This document shows positions 1 to 10,131 of a stretch of DNA of 64,000 nt, in pieces. The stretch spans positions 1,760,001 to 1,824,000 of the forward strand of contig OY968796.1 in NCBI GenBank assembly GCA_963695545.1, in the 5' to 3' direction. The stretch is from Terriglobia bacterium. GTDB taxonomy: Bacteria > Acidobacteriota > Terriglobia > Acidiferrales > UBA7541. Under the pieces are notes generated by a model. The model was not told the DNA's origin, searched no databases, and saw only the letters and a program-made list of their open reading frames with translations. The stretch's first letter is position 1, and the number at the start of each line of letters is the position of its first letter. A program made the translations under genes and the position numbers.

Positions 1-609
1 CCGATCTTCTGGGAAAAAGTGGCCGAGCGCGAGTGGGCCGTCGAAGGCACGCCGGCCGATGCCATGGTGCTGGCGCTGCACAAGCTGCTGCCCGAGCGAC
101 CGGACCTGGTGATTTCCGGCGTGAATCGCGGCGGCAACATGGGCGAAAACATTTTTTATTCCGGCACGGTCGGCGCGGCGATGGAAGCTTCCATCAATCG
201 AATTCCTGCAATCGCTGTTTCGGTGGCGCATCGCGGCGATGGCTTTCGTTTTGAGGAAGCCGCGCGGTTCGCGCGCTCGCTTGCCGAGCTTGTGCTTCGC
301 GAAGGATTGCCCGACGACGTGCTGTTGAACGTGAATGTGCCGCTGGAATGGAATGGCAGCGTGCGTTTCACGCGCCAATCGCGCAAAGTCACGCGCAATG
401 TCTTGCAGGGTGGCGTCGATCCGCGCGGCCGGCATTATTTCTGGCTGAGCGAGCAGCTCTCTCCGGAAGGGATGGACCCGGCGAGCGATTACGCCGCGGT
501 TTATGACGGCGCGGTCTCGATCACGCCGCTGCAACTCGAACGCACGCACGTCACCTCGCTCAATCATCTTTCGCACTGGGCCAAAGTCCTCGAACGCACC
601 GCCCGCTAG
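1..609 (+). CDS. surE: 5'/3'-nucleotidase SurE (5'-truncated by the window edge)
   Basis: GTPAD, DLVISGVNRGGNMG, YSGTVGAAMEA, LNVNVP, DPRGR and SITPL motifs; frame is open from base 1. Confidence 0.95.
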   Translation, partial: PIFWEKVAEREWAVEGTPADAMVLALHKLLPERPDLVISGVNRGGNMGENIFYSGTVGAAMEASINRIPAIAVSVAHRGDGFRFEEAARFARSLAELVLREGLPDDVLLNVNVPLEWNGSVRFTRQSRKVTRNVLQGGVDPRGRHYFWLSEQLSPEGMDPASDYAAVYDGAVSITPLQLERTHVTSLNHLSHWAKVLERTAR

Positions 610-629
610 CGCGCCGCGCACTCCTCGCC

Positions 630-2723
630 ATGGACGCTCGCCTCGATTCGTCGAAACCCGCGGTGGATTTGGGCCGTGAAATCACCGGCGATCTCGCCGC
701 GGCCTGCGCGCGTGAGTGGCTGGTCACCAACGGCATCGGCGGTTACGCCGCGGGCACCGTTTCCGGCGTGTTGACGCGCCGCTATCACGGCCTGTTGGTC
801 GCCGCGCTCAAGCCGCCCGTCGGCCGAACGCTTCTTGTCGCAAAGATCGGCGAAGCCGCGCGCGTGGCAGGCCAGGATTTTCCGCTGTCCACGAATCGCT
901 GGCACGATGGCACCGTCGCCCCGCAGGGCTGGGCCGACATCGAAAGATTTCATCTCGATGGCACGATTCCGGTGTGGACGTTCGCGTTCGGCGACGGCAT
1001 TCGACTGGAAAAACGCATCTGGATGCGGCAAGGCGCAAACACCACCTGCGTGCTCTACAATCTGCGCGGCGCGAGCCAGGCGATCGAACTTACCCTCAAC
1101 GTGTTCGTGAATTATCGCGACCACCACGCGATCACTCACGCCGGCGATTGGCAAATGCGCGTCGAGCGGGTCGCGCGCGGATTGCGAGTCATTGCGTTCG
1201 ACGGAGCAACGCCGTTCTTTCTGCTGACCGACGCGCCCGCGCAGCCGGAGAACGATTGGTATTTCAATTTCGATCTCGCGCTTGAACGCGAGCGCGGCAT
1301 GGAAGATTCCGAGGATCACCTGCTGGCCGGATCGTTCCGCGCGACGGTTGAGCCTGGCGGCTCGCTCGCGTTCGTTGCATCCACCGATCCGGATGCGTCT
1401 CTCGATGCCGCGAGCGCTCTCGAAGAACAGCGCGCGCGCGAACGCTCGCTAATTTCTGCGTGGACCACGGCGCAGCGCGTGGCGGCCCAGACCGCCACGC
1501 GCGCTGCGGCGGTCGTGCGAACGTCCGCCGCAGAACGCGCGCACGCGGCGCGAGCGTCCGCGCCGGAGCCAACGCCGGCCTGGGTCCGGCAGTTCGTCCT
1601 CGCGGCGGACGCATTTCTTGTCGCGCGCCCATCGGCCGGCGAATCGGGTCCGTGCACGGCGATCGCGGGTTATCCGTGGTTTGCGGATTGGGGCCGCGAC
1701 ACCATGATCGCGCTTTCCGGCCTCGCTCTTACCACCGGCCGGCCGGAGATCGCCTGGGCCACATTGCGCGCGTACGCGCGTTACGTCGATGGCGGCATGT
1801 TGCCGAATACGTTTCCCGATGCCGGATCGCCGCCCGAATACAACACCGTGGATGCCGCGCTCTGGTATTTCGAGGCCGCGCGGCAAACCTTCGCCGCGAC
1901 GCACGACCTCGGCGCCTTGCGCCAACTGTTTCCGATCCTCGAAGAGATCGTGGCCGCGCACGTTCGCGGCACGCGCTTCGGAATTCGTATCGATCCCGCC
2001 GATGGCCTGCTGGCCGCGGGCGTGCCCGGCGTGCAACTCACTTGGATGGACGCGAAAATCGGCGATTGGGTGGTCACGCCGCGCATCGGCAAACCCATCG
2101 AAGTGAACGCGCTGTGGCTGAACGCGCTAATGACCTTGGCCGGATTCGCTCGCGCCTTGAAACGCGATCAAAAAACCTACGAGGCGCTCGCGCACAAGGC
2201 GCGCGCGGGATTTGCGCGCTTCTGGAATGCCGAGCGCGGATATTGTTTCGACGTGCTGGATGGTCCGGCGGGAAACGACGCAACGCTACGGCCGAATCAG
2301 GTTATCGCCGTATCGCTCCCGGTCTGCGCGCTTTCGCTCGCCAAACAGCGCGCCGTGGTGAACGTGTGCGAAAGCGAATTGCTGGCAGGTTTCGCGCTGC
2401 GCTCACTCGGTCCGTCCGAGCCGGGCTACCGCGGCCGCTACGTCGGTGCGCAGATCGAGCGCGACGCCGCCTATCACCAGGGCACGGCCTGGCCGTGGCT
2501 GCTTGGCCCGTTCGTGCTCGCGCATTTGCGGGTGCATCGTGATCCGGCCGCCGCGGCGACACTCCTCAATCCGATCGCGCGGCACATCAGCTCCTACGGC
2601 CTCGGCAGTGTGGCCGAAATCTGCGATGGCGACGCGCCATTTTCTCCACGCGGCTGTTTCGCGCAAGCCTGGAGCGTTGCCGAAATTCTGCGCGCGTGGT
2701 CCGCTGTGTCATTGGCGCGCTAA
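630..2723 (+). CDS. Amylo-alpha-1,6-glucosidase / glycogen debranching enzyme (GDE_N + GDE_C)
   Basis: EWLVTNGIGGYA, RRYHGLL, IAGYPWFADWGRDTMI, QLTWMDAK, TPRIGKPIEVNALW, AYHQGTAWPW, AQAWSVAE. Confidence 0.92.
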   Translation: MDARLDSSKPAVDLGREITGDLAAACAREWLVTNGIGGYAAGTVSGVLTRRYHGLLVAALKPPVGRTLLVAKIGEAARVAGQDFPLSTNRWHDGTVAPQGWADIERFHLDGTIPVWTFAFGDGIRLEKRIWMRQGANTTCVLYNLRGASQAIELTLNVFVNYRDHHAITHAGDWQMRVERVARGLRVIAFDGATPFFLLTDAPAQPENDWYFNFDLALERERGMEDSEDHLLAGSFRATVEPGGSLAFVASTDPDASLDAASALEEQRARERSLISAWTTAQRVAAQTATRAAAVVRTSAAERAHAARASAPEPTPAWVRQFVLAADAFLVARPSAGESGPCTAIAGYPWFADWGRDTMIALSGLALTTGRPEIAWATLRAYARYVDGGMLPNTFPDAGSPPEYNTVDAALWYFEAARQTFAATHDLGALRQLFPILEEIVAAHVRGTRFGIRIDPADGLLAAGVPGVQLTWMDAKIGDWVVTPRIGKPIEVNALWLNALMTLAGFARALKRDQKTYEALAHKARAGFARFWNAERGYCFDVLDGPAGNDATLRPNQVIAVSLPVCALSLAKQRAVVNVCESELLAGFALRSLGPSEPGYRGRYVGAQIERDAAYHQGTAWPWLLGPFVLAHLRVHRDPAAAATLLNPIARHISSYGLGSVAEICDGDAPFSPRGCFAQAWSVAEILRAWSAVSLAR

Positions 2724-3002
2724 GCGGGGATGCTCTGCAATGTTCTCGAGCCGAGATCGAAAACGATTTTCAATTCGCTCTCAACACATTGAGGGAGGCG
2801 TGGGGTGGAGGGGCCGTTCGCGCATCCTCGTACTTTTCGCGAACCGCCCCCTCGGGGGGAAGGGCGCATCTCGTAGCGGAGAACCGAATGCCCGGGTCCG
2901 TGAGCATTCATGTTCTGCCATGCATGGTACAAATTGCCCTCGAGGCGGCCAATCAGGTGAATGTTGTAATTCTCGCGGGAGCGTCGTTTACGAAAGTACG
3001 CG

Positions 3003-6000
3003 TTATTTCTCGGGAGATGTACGGCCTGCGTTCAGGCTGTCGAAATTCAGGATTGTGTTGAGCACCAGCGAATAGCTGCCCACAGTTTCGCCGCGATAAA
3101 TGGGATTTGTGGAAAACAGCACGATGTGGCCTTGCCCTTCTGGCACGTCGATCACGCTGGCATGTTCGGCGATTTCGTCGCCGTGATCGAGCAAGCCCGA
3201 GACGAGCAATTCGTCTTCATCGCCGTAGCGGAACACTACGCGCGGCCGCTCGGCGAGCGGGATCAGGTCAGGATTGTTGCGCGCGTCATCGGGCGTAACC
3301 GGCGGCGCTTCCCAGGGATTGAGCTTCGGCGCCGCCGTCGCCGCCGCGGATTGCCGGCCGGGATCGAAGTCGGAATCTCCGGAAGAAGCGCCGCCGCGGC
3401 CGGTGGCGCGCTCGCCAGCGGCAGATTCATCCGGCGCAGCGCCGCCCGCAAGATCGCTGATCGCGAAGATTGGGCCATTCGACGAATAAGCGGAAAGCGC
3501 GTCGTCGTATCCGTACGCGATCGGGCTCGCTTCATCTACCTTCAGCGTGCGCACCACGCTGCCTATCAAGCGCAACTTATCGGGCGGCGTCACGGAAACG
3601 CCGCGCGCAAGTCCGAGCGCGGTGGCGAAATTCGATGTGTCCTCCGCCGTCACCAGCACGCCGCCGCGCTCGACGAATTGCTCGAGGTGCGCGACGCCCG
3701 CCCAGCCCAGGCCGGGGCGCATGTCGTCGGTCGAATCCGGCACGCCGAGATTAGGCGTTTCGGGCGTCGCTTTCCACGGCAATGGATTGCCCCAGTCGCC
3801 GGGCATGCCGCGCACGATGGACATCGCGTCGCCACCCGTGTCGGCCGGGGGGAACAGGATCACGTCGTACTTCGCATTCAAATTATCGTCAGCGGCCGCG
3901 GTCTGCGTGCTGATGTAGTCGTACGGAATGCCCAGCGTGTCGAGCGCGAGCCGCCACCAGCCCTCGGTCATGGTGCGCTGCCAGGTATGCATCACGGCGA
4001 TGCGCGCCGCGCGCACCGGATGCGTCTTGACGTCGGGCGGCGTTAGTACGGCCGTGGCTTGAAGTCCAAGATCGGCGAGCGCGGCAGAAACGTCCTGCGC
4101 GGAAGCGCCGCCGCGAATGATGAACGAGCCGCGGTGGAACGTGCGCCCCGCAACATCGAAGGGTTCTTCGGCCGCGTCAATGGAAGCGTCGCGCAGACGG
4201 TAGCGCAGTGACGCGAGTGCCGGGTCCGCGTTGTCTTCGATCAGAAAGATTGTGCCCGCCCCGCTCGCGCCTGCGGGCGGGCGGATTTCGGTTGCGCGAT
4301 CCATCGGCGCGTCCAGAATTTTCGGATCGGCAACGCGCACGACCTCCACGTCGAACAGTTCGCCGAGCGTCCAGCCGGTGTCGTCCGAGGGATCGCGGCG
4401 CGGATCGGTCGGGCTCCAATATTGATAGTCGAGCAACGCATCGGCGACGCGCGAATAAGGCTGATCCATGCGCACGATGTAGCTGCCGGCGGGAAATTCG
4501 CGCGTGGCGGCGTCGGGCGCAGGTGTCGCGCTCGGCGCCGCGCCACTCGGCGAGCTCGCCGCGCCGCCAGACACGGCCGCGCCCGACGCCGCGGATTGCG
4601 CCGGCGCGGCGAGCGAGACGCTGAACGCTCCACGCGCGCGCGAAATTTCGCAGCCTTGCCGCATCAGAATCTGCAGCAGCCGCGCCTGGGAACCGGGCCG
4701 CGGGTCGTCGGCCGGAAAAACGTACGCGGCTGGCCCCTCGAGCGTGGGCTTTTCAACCGAGCGCTTCGATTTCAGGTAGTAGTTCTTCAAAAACAGCGCG
4801 CGATTTTCCTCAAAATAATGCAGTGTGGTCAGAAGCGCCGTCTCTTCGTAATTGTTGTTGTCGCGCTGCGACCACAGCGTTTTCGCGAGCGGCGGATCCT
4901 GGCGGTACCAGGTGCGATTGGTGTCCGCAGGTAAAAGCGTACGCTCGATCGTGTCCGCGCCATCGTTGCCGAATGTTTCATAGAGCCGGCTGATTCCGTT
5001 GTGCGTGGCCGCCAGAAACATCATGTACGCAGGCGACCAAGTGTCCAGGTCGCCGTGCGTGTAAACGCCGGGCATGCCGAACGCCGTCATGTCCGCCACA
5101 TTGCGCCAGCCGAGAAGTTCCCATTCGTTCGTCAAGATGGGATCCACCCACGCGTTGAACGGTCCGTCGCCTGCTGTGTCGTCGTAAAGATACGGATACG
5201 ACTCGTGCAGATCGTGCAGCACCTGCGCTTGCCAGCCGAGATACGTGGCCAGCACGTTCTGCGTCACCTTGAGCGTCAGCGTCATCCCGTCGCGATTGTT
5301 GTCATGTTCCACATACTTGCCCCAATAAATTGCCGGCGGCGAAAGTTGTCCCGGATGCGCCAGATGCCAGCGGTAAACATCCACCATGCGGTCGCGCCCA
5401 TCGACTTCCACCACCGGCGTGATCAGCGTGATCATGTGCTCGCGAATATCGCGGACGTAAGGGCTCTCGTCGACCGCCAGCCGATACCCCAATTCCATCA
5501 GCGCTGTCGGCGCGCCGGTCTCGCTCGAATGCAGTGAGCCGGTGATGTAGTAGACCGGCACGGATGCGCTCACCAGGCGATCCGCCGCGGCGTCGCCCAT
5601 CAACGTGACGTGCCCCGCAATCGTCACGCGCGGATCGCCGAGCTGCGCAAGGCGCGCGCGGTTTTCTTCGAGATGCGCCAGATTCTGTTCCGAGCTGATG
5701 GCCACCGCGATCATCTCGCGTCCTTCTTCACTGTGCCCAATTGAGACAACCTTCACGCGTGGGCTCGCCTTTTCGAGCATGCGCATATAGCGATTCACGT
5801 CCGCGCTGTATGGCAGGATTCCCGGAGCGCCGGCCACGTCTCCCAACACCGCCGCCGGCGTCGGCACGGTTGCGGACGCCGGCAAATAATCGACGAGCGG
5901 AGACGAGAAATACGGCTCTGTGGTGTAAGCGAGGATCTTCCGCGTATATTCCTGATCGATCGGCTGCGCAGGATCGCGCGCCGGGATCGAACTTTGTGCG

Positions 6001-6101
6001 GAAGTTGAACTCTGTACGAAAAGCGCAGGCGGTGCGATCGCGGCCAGCAGCACAACGAGCGCCAAGCGTCGCGCTTTCGGAGCGCCGCTCGTCGCGCTCA
6101 T
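3003..6101 (-). CDS. Secreted M14-family zinc carboxypeptidase-like protein
   Basis: Signal peptide; HSSE (HxxE), DG, DNNRD and DLHE zinc/substrate motifs; C-terminal glutamine-amidotransferase-like domain; Ala/Ser/Pro linker. Confidence 0.85.
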   Translation of the reverse strand: MSATSGAPKARRLALVVLLAAIAPPALFVQSSTSAQSSIPARDPAQPIDQEYTRKILAYTTEPYFSSPLVDYLPASATVPTPAAVLGDVAGAPGILPYSADVNRYMRMLEKASPRVKVVSIGHSEEGREMIAVAISSEQNLAHLEENRARLAQLGDPRVTIAGHVTLMGDAAADRLVSASVPVYYITGSLHSSETGAPTALMELGYRLAVDESPYVRDIREHMITLITPVVEVDGRDRMVDVYRWHLAHPGQLSPPAIYWGKYVEHDNNRDGMTLTLKVTQNVLATYLGWQAQVLHDLHESYPYLYDDTAGDGPFNAWVDPILTNEWELLGWRNVADMTAFGMPGVYTHGDLDTWSPAYMMFLAATHNGISRLYETFGNDGADTIERTLLPADTNRTWYRQDPPLAKTLWSQRDNNNYEETALLTTLHYFEENRALFLKNYYLKSKRSVEKPTLEGPAAYVFPADDPRPGSQARLLQILMRQGCEISRARGAFSVSLAAPAQSAASGAAVSGGAASSPSGAAPSATPAPDAATREFPAGSYIVRMDQPYSRVADALLDYQYWSPTDPRRDPSDDTGWTLGELFDVEVVRVADPKILDAPMDRATEIRPPAGASGAGTIFLIEDNADPALASLRYRLRDASIDAAEEPFDVAGRTFHRGSFIIRGGASAQDVSAALADLGLQATAVLTPPDVKTHPVRAARIAVMHTWQRTMTEGWWRLALDTLGIPYDYISTQTAAADDNLNAKYDVILFPPADTGGDAMSIVRGMPGDWGNPLPWKATPETPNLGVPDSTDDMRPGLGWAGVAHLEQFVERGGVLVTAEDTSNFATALGLARGVSVTPPDKLRLIGSVVRTLKVDEASPIAYGYDDALSAYSSNGPIFAISDLAGGAAPDESAAGERATGRGGASSGDSDFDPGRQSAAATAAPKLNPWEAPPVTPDDARNNPDLIPLAERPRVVFRYGDEDELLVSGLLDHGDEIAEHASVIDVPEGQGHIVLFSTNPIYRGETVGSYSLVLNTILNFDSLNAGRTSPEK

Positions 6102-6139
6102 GCTGTTTCCGAGCTGTTGACTTCAATCTCTAACATGGT

Positions 6140-6664
6140 TTACTTCGAGGTATCCGAATCCGCGCTCGCCAGCGCCGATTTCGCCGCATCCGGCAGCGCA
6201 TTCGCGTTCGCGACCACTTCGCTCACCTGCCACAGCTCGGTCTCCGACAAAATCCCCTTGAACGATGGCATCCCCGTGAGCCGAATCCCGTTATCCACCT
6301 TCCAGTAGATTTCGCCGATTGGGTCGCCGCCGTGTTCGCCATGCCCGCCGAAAAATTGCGGCGGCGGAGGGTACATCGCCGACGGCATCGCGCCCTTCGG
6401 CTTGCCCGGCAGCCCGTGGCAACCCGCGCAATCCATTCCGTAGAGATACGCTCCCGAGACGAGGTTGGCCTCGTTCACCACCAGGGGAGACTCAGCCTGC
6501 GGTTGCCTCGCAATGTGCGCGTCCACCGCGCGGTCGCAGATCGAGCGCTCAAACGGCAACGGCTTGTCCGCCACGGCCACCGGCGCGAAGCCGAAAACGA
6601 GGTACGAAATAATCGCGGCCCCCGTCAGAATCACGCCCACCAAGATTCCAATCAAGAATTTCAT
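6140..6664 (-). CDS. Membrane-anchored monoheme class I cytochrome c
   Basis: N-terminal hydrophobic helix, CAGCH heme motif, GIRLTGMPSF distal Met region; start moved to ATG 6664. Confidence 0.88.
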   Translation of the reverse strand: MKFLIGILVGVILTGAAIISYLVFGFAPVAVADKPLPFERSICDRAVDAHIARQPQAESPLVVNEANLVSGAYLYGMDCAGCHGLPGKPKGAMPSAMYPPPPQFFGGHGEHGGDPIGEIYWKVDNGIRLTGMPSFKGILSETELWQVSEVVANANALPDAAKSALASADSDTSK

Positions 6665-7118
6665 TCTCACCTCGCGCGCTATCCGCGGATCGTTCGCAGT
6701 GTACGGCAGAGCCGCGAGCCGCACAACAGCCCCCGCGCGCTCACGCGTCGCGCCTCCGCCCCATGCCCCAAATCGGGCAATGCCGCGGCTGCGCACCATC
6801 GCGCCCCAAGCCTGGCCGCCGCCGCGCCTCTCCCGGCCATTGCTTTTGCAGGACTTAACTGCGCTCCCGGCGTACTCACGCCCCGCCCCGGCACGGAAAC
6901 TCTTACGTCACCCACGCCTTCCCAAAAGGGCCTAGAGGTACTAAACTGTGCGACTCAGTAGGGGGCCCCGGGCACCTCCCGCCGACCGGCGGAGGGTGTG
7001 TTCATTGATCCTTTCCGGGCCTGTCGAGCATCTTAGTTTCTTTAGGGTTTGCTGTGGCTGTAGGGACCTCGGTTGCCATACCGAGTCCAAAACTAAGTAC
7101 AGTTGGAGCGCCAAGCGC

Positions 7119-8798
7119 ATGAGTGGTAAACCAATCGTACTGACTGCGTGCGATTCCGAATCCAACGAATATCTCCGAAGCACCTGGCGCCAAATGTTGC
7201 TGGCGACTTTGCCGGCGCGTTACGCGAAATATATCGGCACCAATTGGTCCGTAAAGAACGAAGTCGCGCCCGACGGCCGCGCTAAATACGTTCCGCACGG
7301 CCTGCGCGTCGTCGAATCGCTGCTGCTCAACGGCAACTTCACCGCCGACGATGTGGTCGTCTGCTACCCCGATCAGTTTGAGCAGTTCATCGGTGACGAT
7401 ACGCGCGTCGTCGGCGTGCACGCGCACAATCCGCTCGGCATCACCTTCGCCACCGACGTCTACGCCTATCTCTATGGCAGCACCATCGAGCCCATCAACG
7501 CCATGGAGTTCCGCCGCTTGATCGAGCATCCCGTGCTGCGCCGCCACAAGCCGCACCTAAAACTCATCGTCGGCGGCCCCGGCGCGTGGCAAATCGAAAA
7601 GAAAAATCTTCAGGACGCCTGGCAAGTCGATTGCCTCGTGCACGGCGAAGCCGAAGATCTGGTCGGCCCGCTGTTTGAATCCGCCTATCGCGGCGAGGAA
7701 ATTCCGCGCAGCCTCACCGGCAAAAGCCCGTCGCTCGATAAAATTCCGCGCATTCACCATCGCTCCACGTTCGGCGCCGTGGAAATCACGCGCGGCTGCG
7801 GACGCGGTTGCCAGTTCTGCAGCGTCGCGCTGCGCAAAGGCAAAAGCATTCCGCTCGCGCACATCCTGGACAACGTCCGCGTGCAAGTCGCCGAAGGCGC
7901 GGACACCATCCTGCTCACCACCGAGGATATTTTCCTCTACGAGCAGGGCCCGAAATTCAAAACCAACGTTCCCGCGCTCAAGCGCCTGCTCGATTCCGTC
8001 GCCGGCGTGCCCGGCGTGAAATACATCATGCTCACGCACGGCACTATCGCGCCCGCCGTCATCGAGCCTGAAGTGATCGCCGAACTTTCCGAAGTCGCCG
8101 TCGGCTACAGCGTGAATAAGCACGCCGATTCCACGCATCCGGATAAACGCTACGCCAATCTCTTCATCGGCCTTGAGACCGGCTCCACGCGCCTCTTCGA
8201 TCAGCACATGAAGGGCAAGGCCTATCCGTATCGCTCGCAGCAGTGGCCCGAAGTCGTGATGAAGGGCATGAACACGCTGAACAAGCACAATTGGTTCCCC
8301 TTCTGCACGTTCATTCTCGGCTTGCCCGGCGAGACGCGCCAGGACACGCGCGAATCGCTTGATCTGCTCTACGCGCTCAAAGGCTCAAAGTGGTGCGTGA
8401 TCCCCACGCTCTTCGTCCCGCTCGAGGAAACGCGCCTCGAGAAAAAAGCCGGCGCCAAGCTCGTCGAGCTCACCGACCTGCAGTGGGAATTTTTCTTCAC
8501 CTGCTGGCGCTACAATCTCGATTTCTATCATCGCGATCCGTCGCTGCGCTGGAAGTTCAGCCTCGGCATTCCGCTCTACTACTACATGCTCGGCCGCAAA
8601 CTTTTCGGCCGCGAAATGAAGTATCCGCTCTTGCGCCTGGGCCATTTCCCCGAATGGTTCCTGCGTCGCAAGCTCTATCTCGATTTCTCGAATGGCGACG
8701 AGGCCAAATATCACGTCCCCGAGCACGTCCCCGTGCCCGAGGATCGCATGCGCCCCGCCCTGCCTGACGTCGATGGCCACGGCCTGGTCGTTCTCTAG
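7119..8798 (+). CDS. B12-binding/radical SAM protein resembling the GDGT ring synthase (GrsA/B) family
   Basis: EITRGCGRGCQFC (CxxxCxxC), IVGGPGAWQ, GEAE, IGLETGS and FILGLPGET motifs; N-terminal DGR..P.GLR.VE and EPIN..FR segments recalled from the Grs family; GGAG RBS before ATG 7119. Confidence 0.85.
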   Translation: MSGKPIVLTACDSESNEYLRSTWRQMLLATLPARYAKYIGTNWSVKNEVAPDGRAKYVPHGLRVVESLLLNGNFTADDVVVCYPDQFEQFIGDDTRVVGVHAHNPLGITFATDVYAYLYGSTIEPINAMEFRRLIEHPVLRRHKPHLKLIVGGPGAWQIEKKNLQDAWQVDCLVHGEAEDLVGPLFESAYRGEEIPRSLTGKSPSLDKIPRIHHRSTFGAVEITRGCGRGCQFCSVALRKGKSIPLAHILDNVRVQVAEGADTILLTTEDIFLYEQGPKFKTNVPALKRLLDSVAGVPGVKYIMLTHGTIAPAVIEPEVIAELSEVAVGYSVNKHADSTHPDKRYANLFIGLETGSTRLFDQHMKGKAYPYRSQQWPEVVMKGMNTLNKHNWFPFCTFILGLPGETRQDTRESLDLLYALKGSKWCVIPTLFVPLEETRLEKKAGAKLVELTDLQWEFFFTCWRYNLDFYHRDPSLRWKFSLGIPLYYYMLGRKLFGREMKYPLLRLGHFPEWFLRRKLYLDFSNGDEAKYHVPEHVPVPEDRMRPALPDVDGHGLVVL

Positions 8799-8836
8799 GG
8801 ATTCGCGCCCGCATTTTTCCGTTGACGTTTGCAGTT

Positions 8837-8873
8837 GTAGGGACGGGGGTCGCCGCGGCGACCCTCCGCCCGC
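8837..8873 (+). repeat. GTAG-type REP-like palindrome
   Basis: gtag followed by an imperfect GC-rich hairpin containing gggtcgcc-gc-ggcgaccc. Confidence 0.55.
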
Positions 8874-9092
8874 CTTTTTTCCGCCCGCAAAAAATCCACA
8901 CTCCCCGGCAGATTTTTCCGTACCCGCCATCCCCTATATCGCCCCTATCTTCCTGTCCCATAGCTACTTAGCCCAATGGCGCTTTGGAACAACAAATGCC
9001 CCCTTACGTCCCGAAAGGCACAGCAATGGAATCCAATTAGTCGTAACAATGAACCACACAACTACGCGGCCGCTACGGCCCGGGAGGAAATT

Positions 9093-9392
9093 ATGAACAT
9101 CACCAAACTTTGCAGCCGAGTGATTCTCACGACTGCATTGGCCGGCGGTCTGGCATTAGCCGTAGGAGCGCCGATCAACGCGGAACCCGACTATAGCAAC
9201 GCCTGTCATCAGCGCCTCGAAAACGATCGCGCCCGCATCGACCACGAAGCCGCGCGCCACGGCGAACACAGTCCACAGGTTGCCCATGCCGTTGACCGCA
9301 TGGATCAGGATCGTCAATGGTGCCGCGACCATCACTCCGATTGGGATCACACCCGCTTTGACGTCGGCATCTATTTCCGTCCAGGCCACTAA
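9093..9392 (+). CDS. Small secreted His/Asp-rich hypothetical protein, paralog 1
   Basis: GGAGG RBS, ATG 9093, signal peptide ending INA; two Cys; aligns end to end with 9789-10082. Confidence 0.85.
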   Translation: MNITKLCSRVILTTALAGGLALAVGAPINAEPDYSNACHQRLENDRARIDHEAARHGEHSPQVAHAVDRMDQDRQWCRDHHSDWDHTRFDVGIYFRPGH

Positions 9393-9437
9393 TTGAATCC
9401 GCGGAGCACGGGCGCTGGTTTCAGCCCGTTGCGAGAA

Positions 9438-9476
9438 AGGAGGCTGGTCCTGTCGGATCAGCCTCCTCTGTTTTTT
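9438..9476 (+). terminator. Intrinsic terminator
   Basis: aggaggctg-gtcc-tgtc-ggat-cagcctcct stem followed by ctgtttttt. Confidence 0.75.
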
Positions 9477-9477
9477 C

Positions 9478-9650
9478 GTACCGCAGGCATCCTGCCTGCA
9501 TGCCTGTCGCATACGCCTTTCTGCGTCGCCTCGTTCCTTCACGCTGTCTTCCCGCCTGCCCGCCGCAGCCTTGGCGAAGGCGGGAACCCGGTCGCCCCGG
9601 GCGAACGACGGTGCCTGCCCGCCGTAGGAGGGAGTGATCTGCTTTCGCGG
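9478..9650. repeat. Cluster of REP-like palindromes
   Basis: gtaccgcaggcatcctgcctgc; cctgcccgccg occurs twice; ccgccgcagccttggcgaaggcgg hairpin. Confidence 0.55.
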
Positions 9651-9788
9651 TTCGCCGCAGTCCGCAAGGGAGGGTCTCCATTTCCGCATCGCGCTTCTCC
9701 GTAACTCTTCGCCTCGCGTCTGAATCAAATCAATCGTACGAAGCAGTCTTCCATTTTTGAGGCCGTTGTGCCCCAGGAGGATCTCACG

Positions 9789-10082
9789 ATGAAAAGCACC
9801 AAGCTTTTAAGCCGAATTCTCTTCACCACCGCGCTCGCCGGCGGATTGGCATTAGCTGTCGGAACTCCAATCAACGCGGAACCCGACTACAGTAACGCTT
9901 GTCATCAGCGTCTCCAGAACGACAAGGCCCGCATTGACCACGACGCCGCCCGCCACGGCAACGACAGTCCCCAGGTCCAGCACGACGTCGCCCGCATGGA
10001 CACCGACCGCCAATGGTGCCGCGATCACAAAGCCGATTGGGACCACAGCACCTTCGACATCGGCATCTACATACATAAATAG
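9789..10082 (+). CDS. Small secreted His/Asp-rich hypothetical protein, paralog 2
   Basis: AGGAGG RBS, ATG 9789; shares AEPDYSNACHQRL..D.ARIDH.AARHG..SPQV.H.V.RMD.DRQWCRDH..DWDH..FD.GIY with paralog 1. Confidence 0.85.
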   Translation: MKSTKLLSRILFTTALAGGLALAVGTPINAEPDYSNACHQRLQNDKARIDHDAARHGNDSPQVQHDVARMDTDRQWCRDHKADWDHSTFDIGIYIHK

Positions 10083-10131
10083 CCGCCGCAGCTACGCCCA
10101 GCGCAGTTCCGAGCACAGTCGAGGGGCCCAT

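Noticed and set aside
2724..3002. Small gene or ncRNA between the GDE and peptidase genes
   Set aside because: Only a GC-rich hairpin (about 2810-2850) consistent with a terminator; the ORFs are unconvincing
7020..7080. c-di-GMP-I or cobalamin riboswitch
   Set aside because: GCAAACC occurs on the minus strand, but the GGGACGCAAAG partner and the B12-box are absent
7119..10082. RiPP cluster (radical SAM plus precursor peptides)
   Set aside because: The small proteins have Sec-type signal peptides and their own promoters and terminators; the enzyme shows no RRE or SPASM features; no transporter or peptidase is coupled
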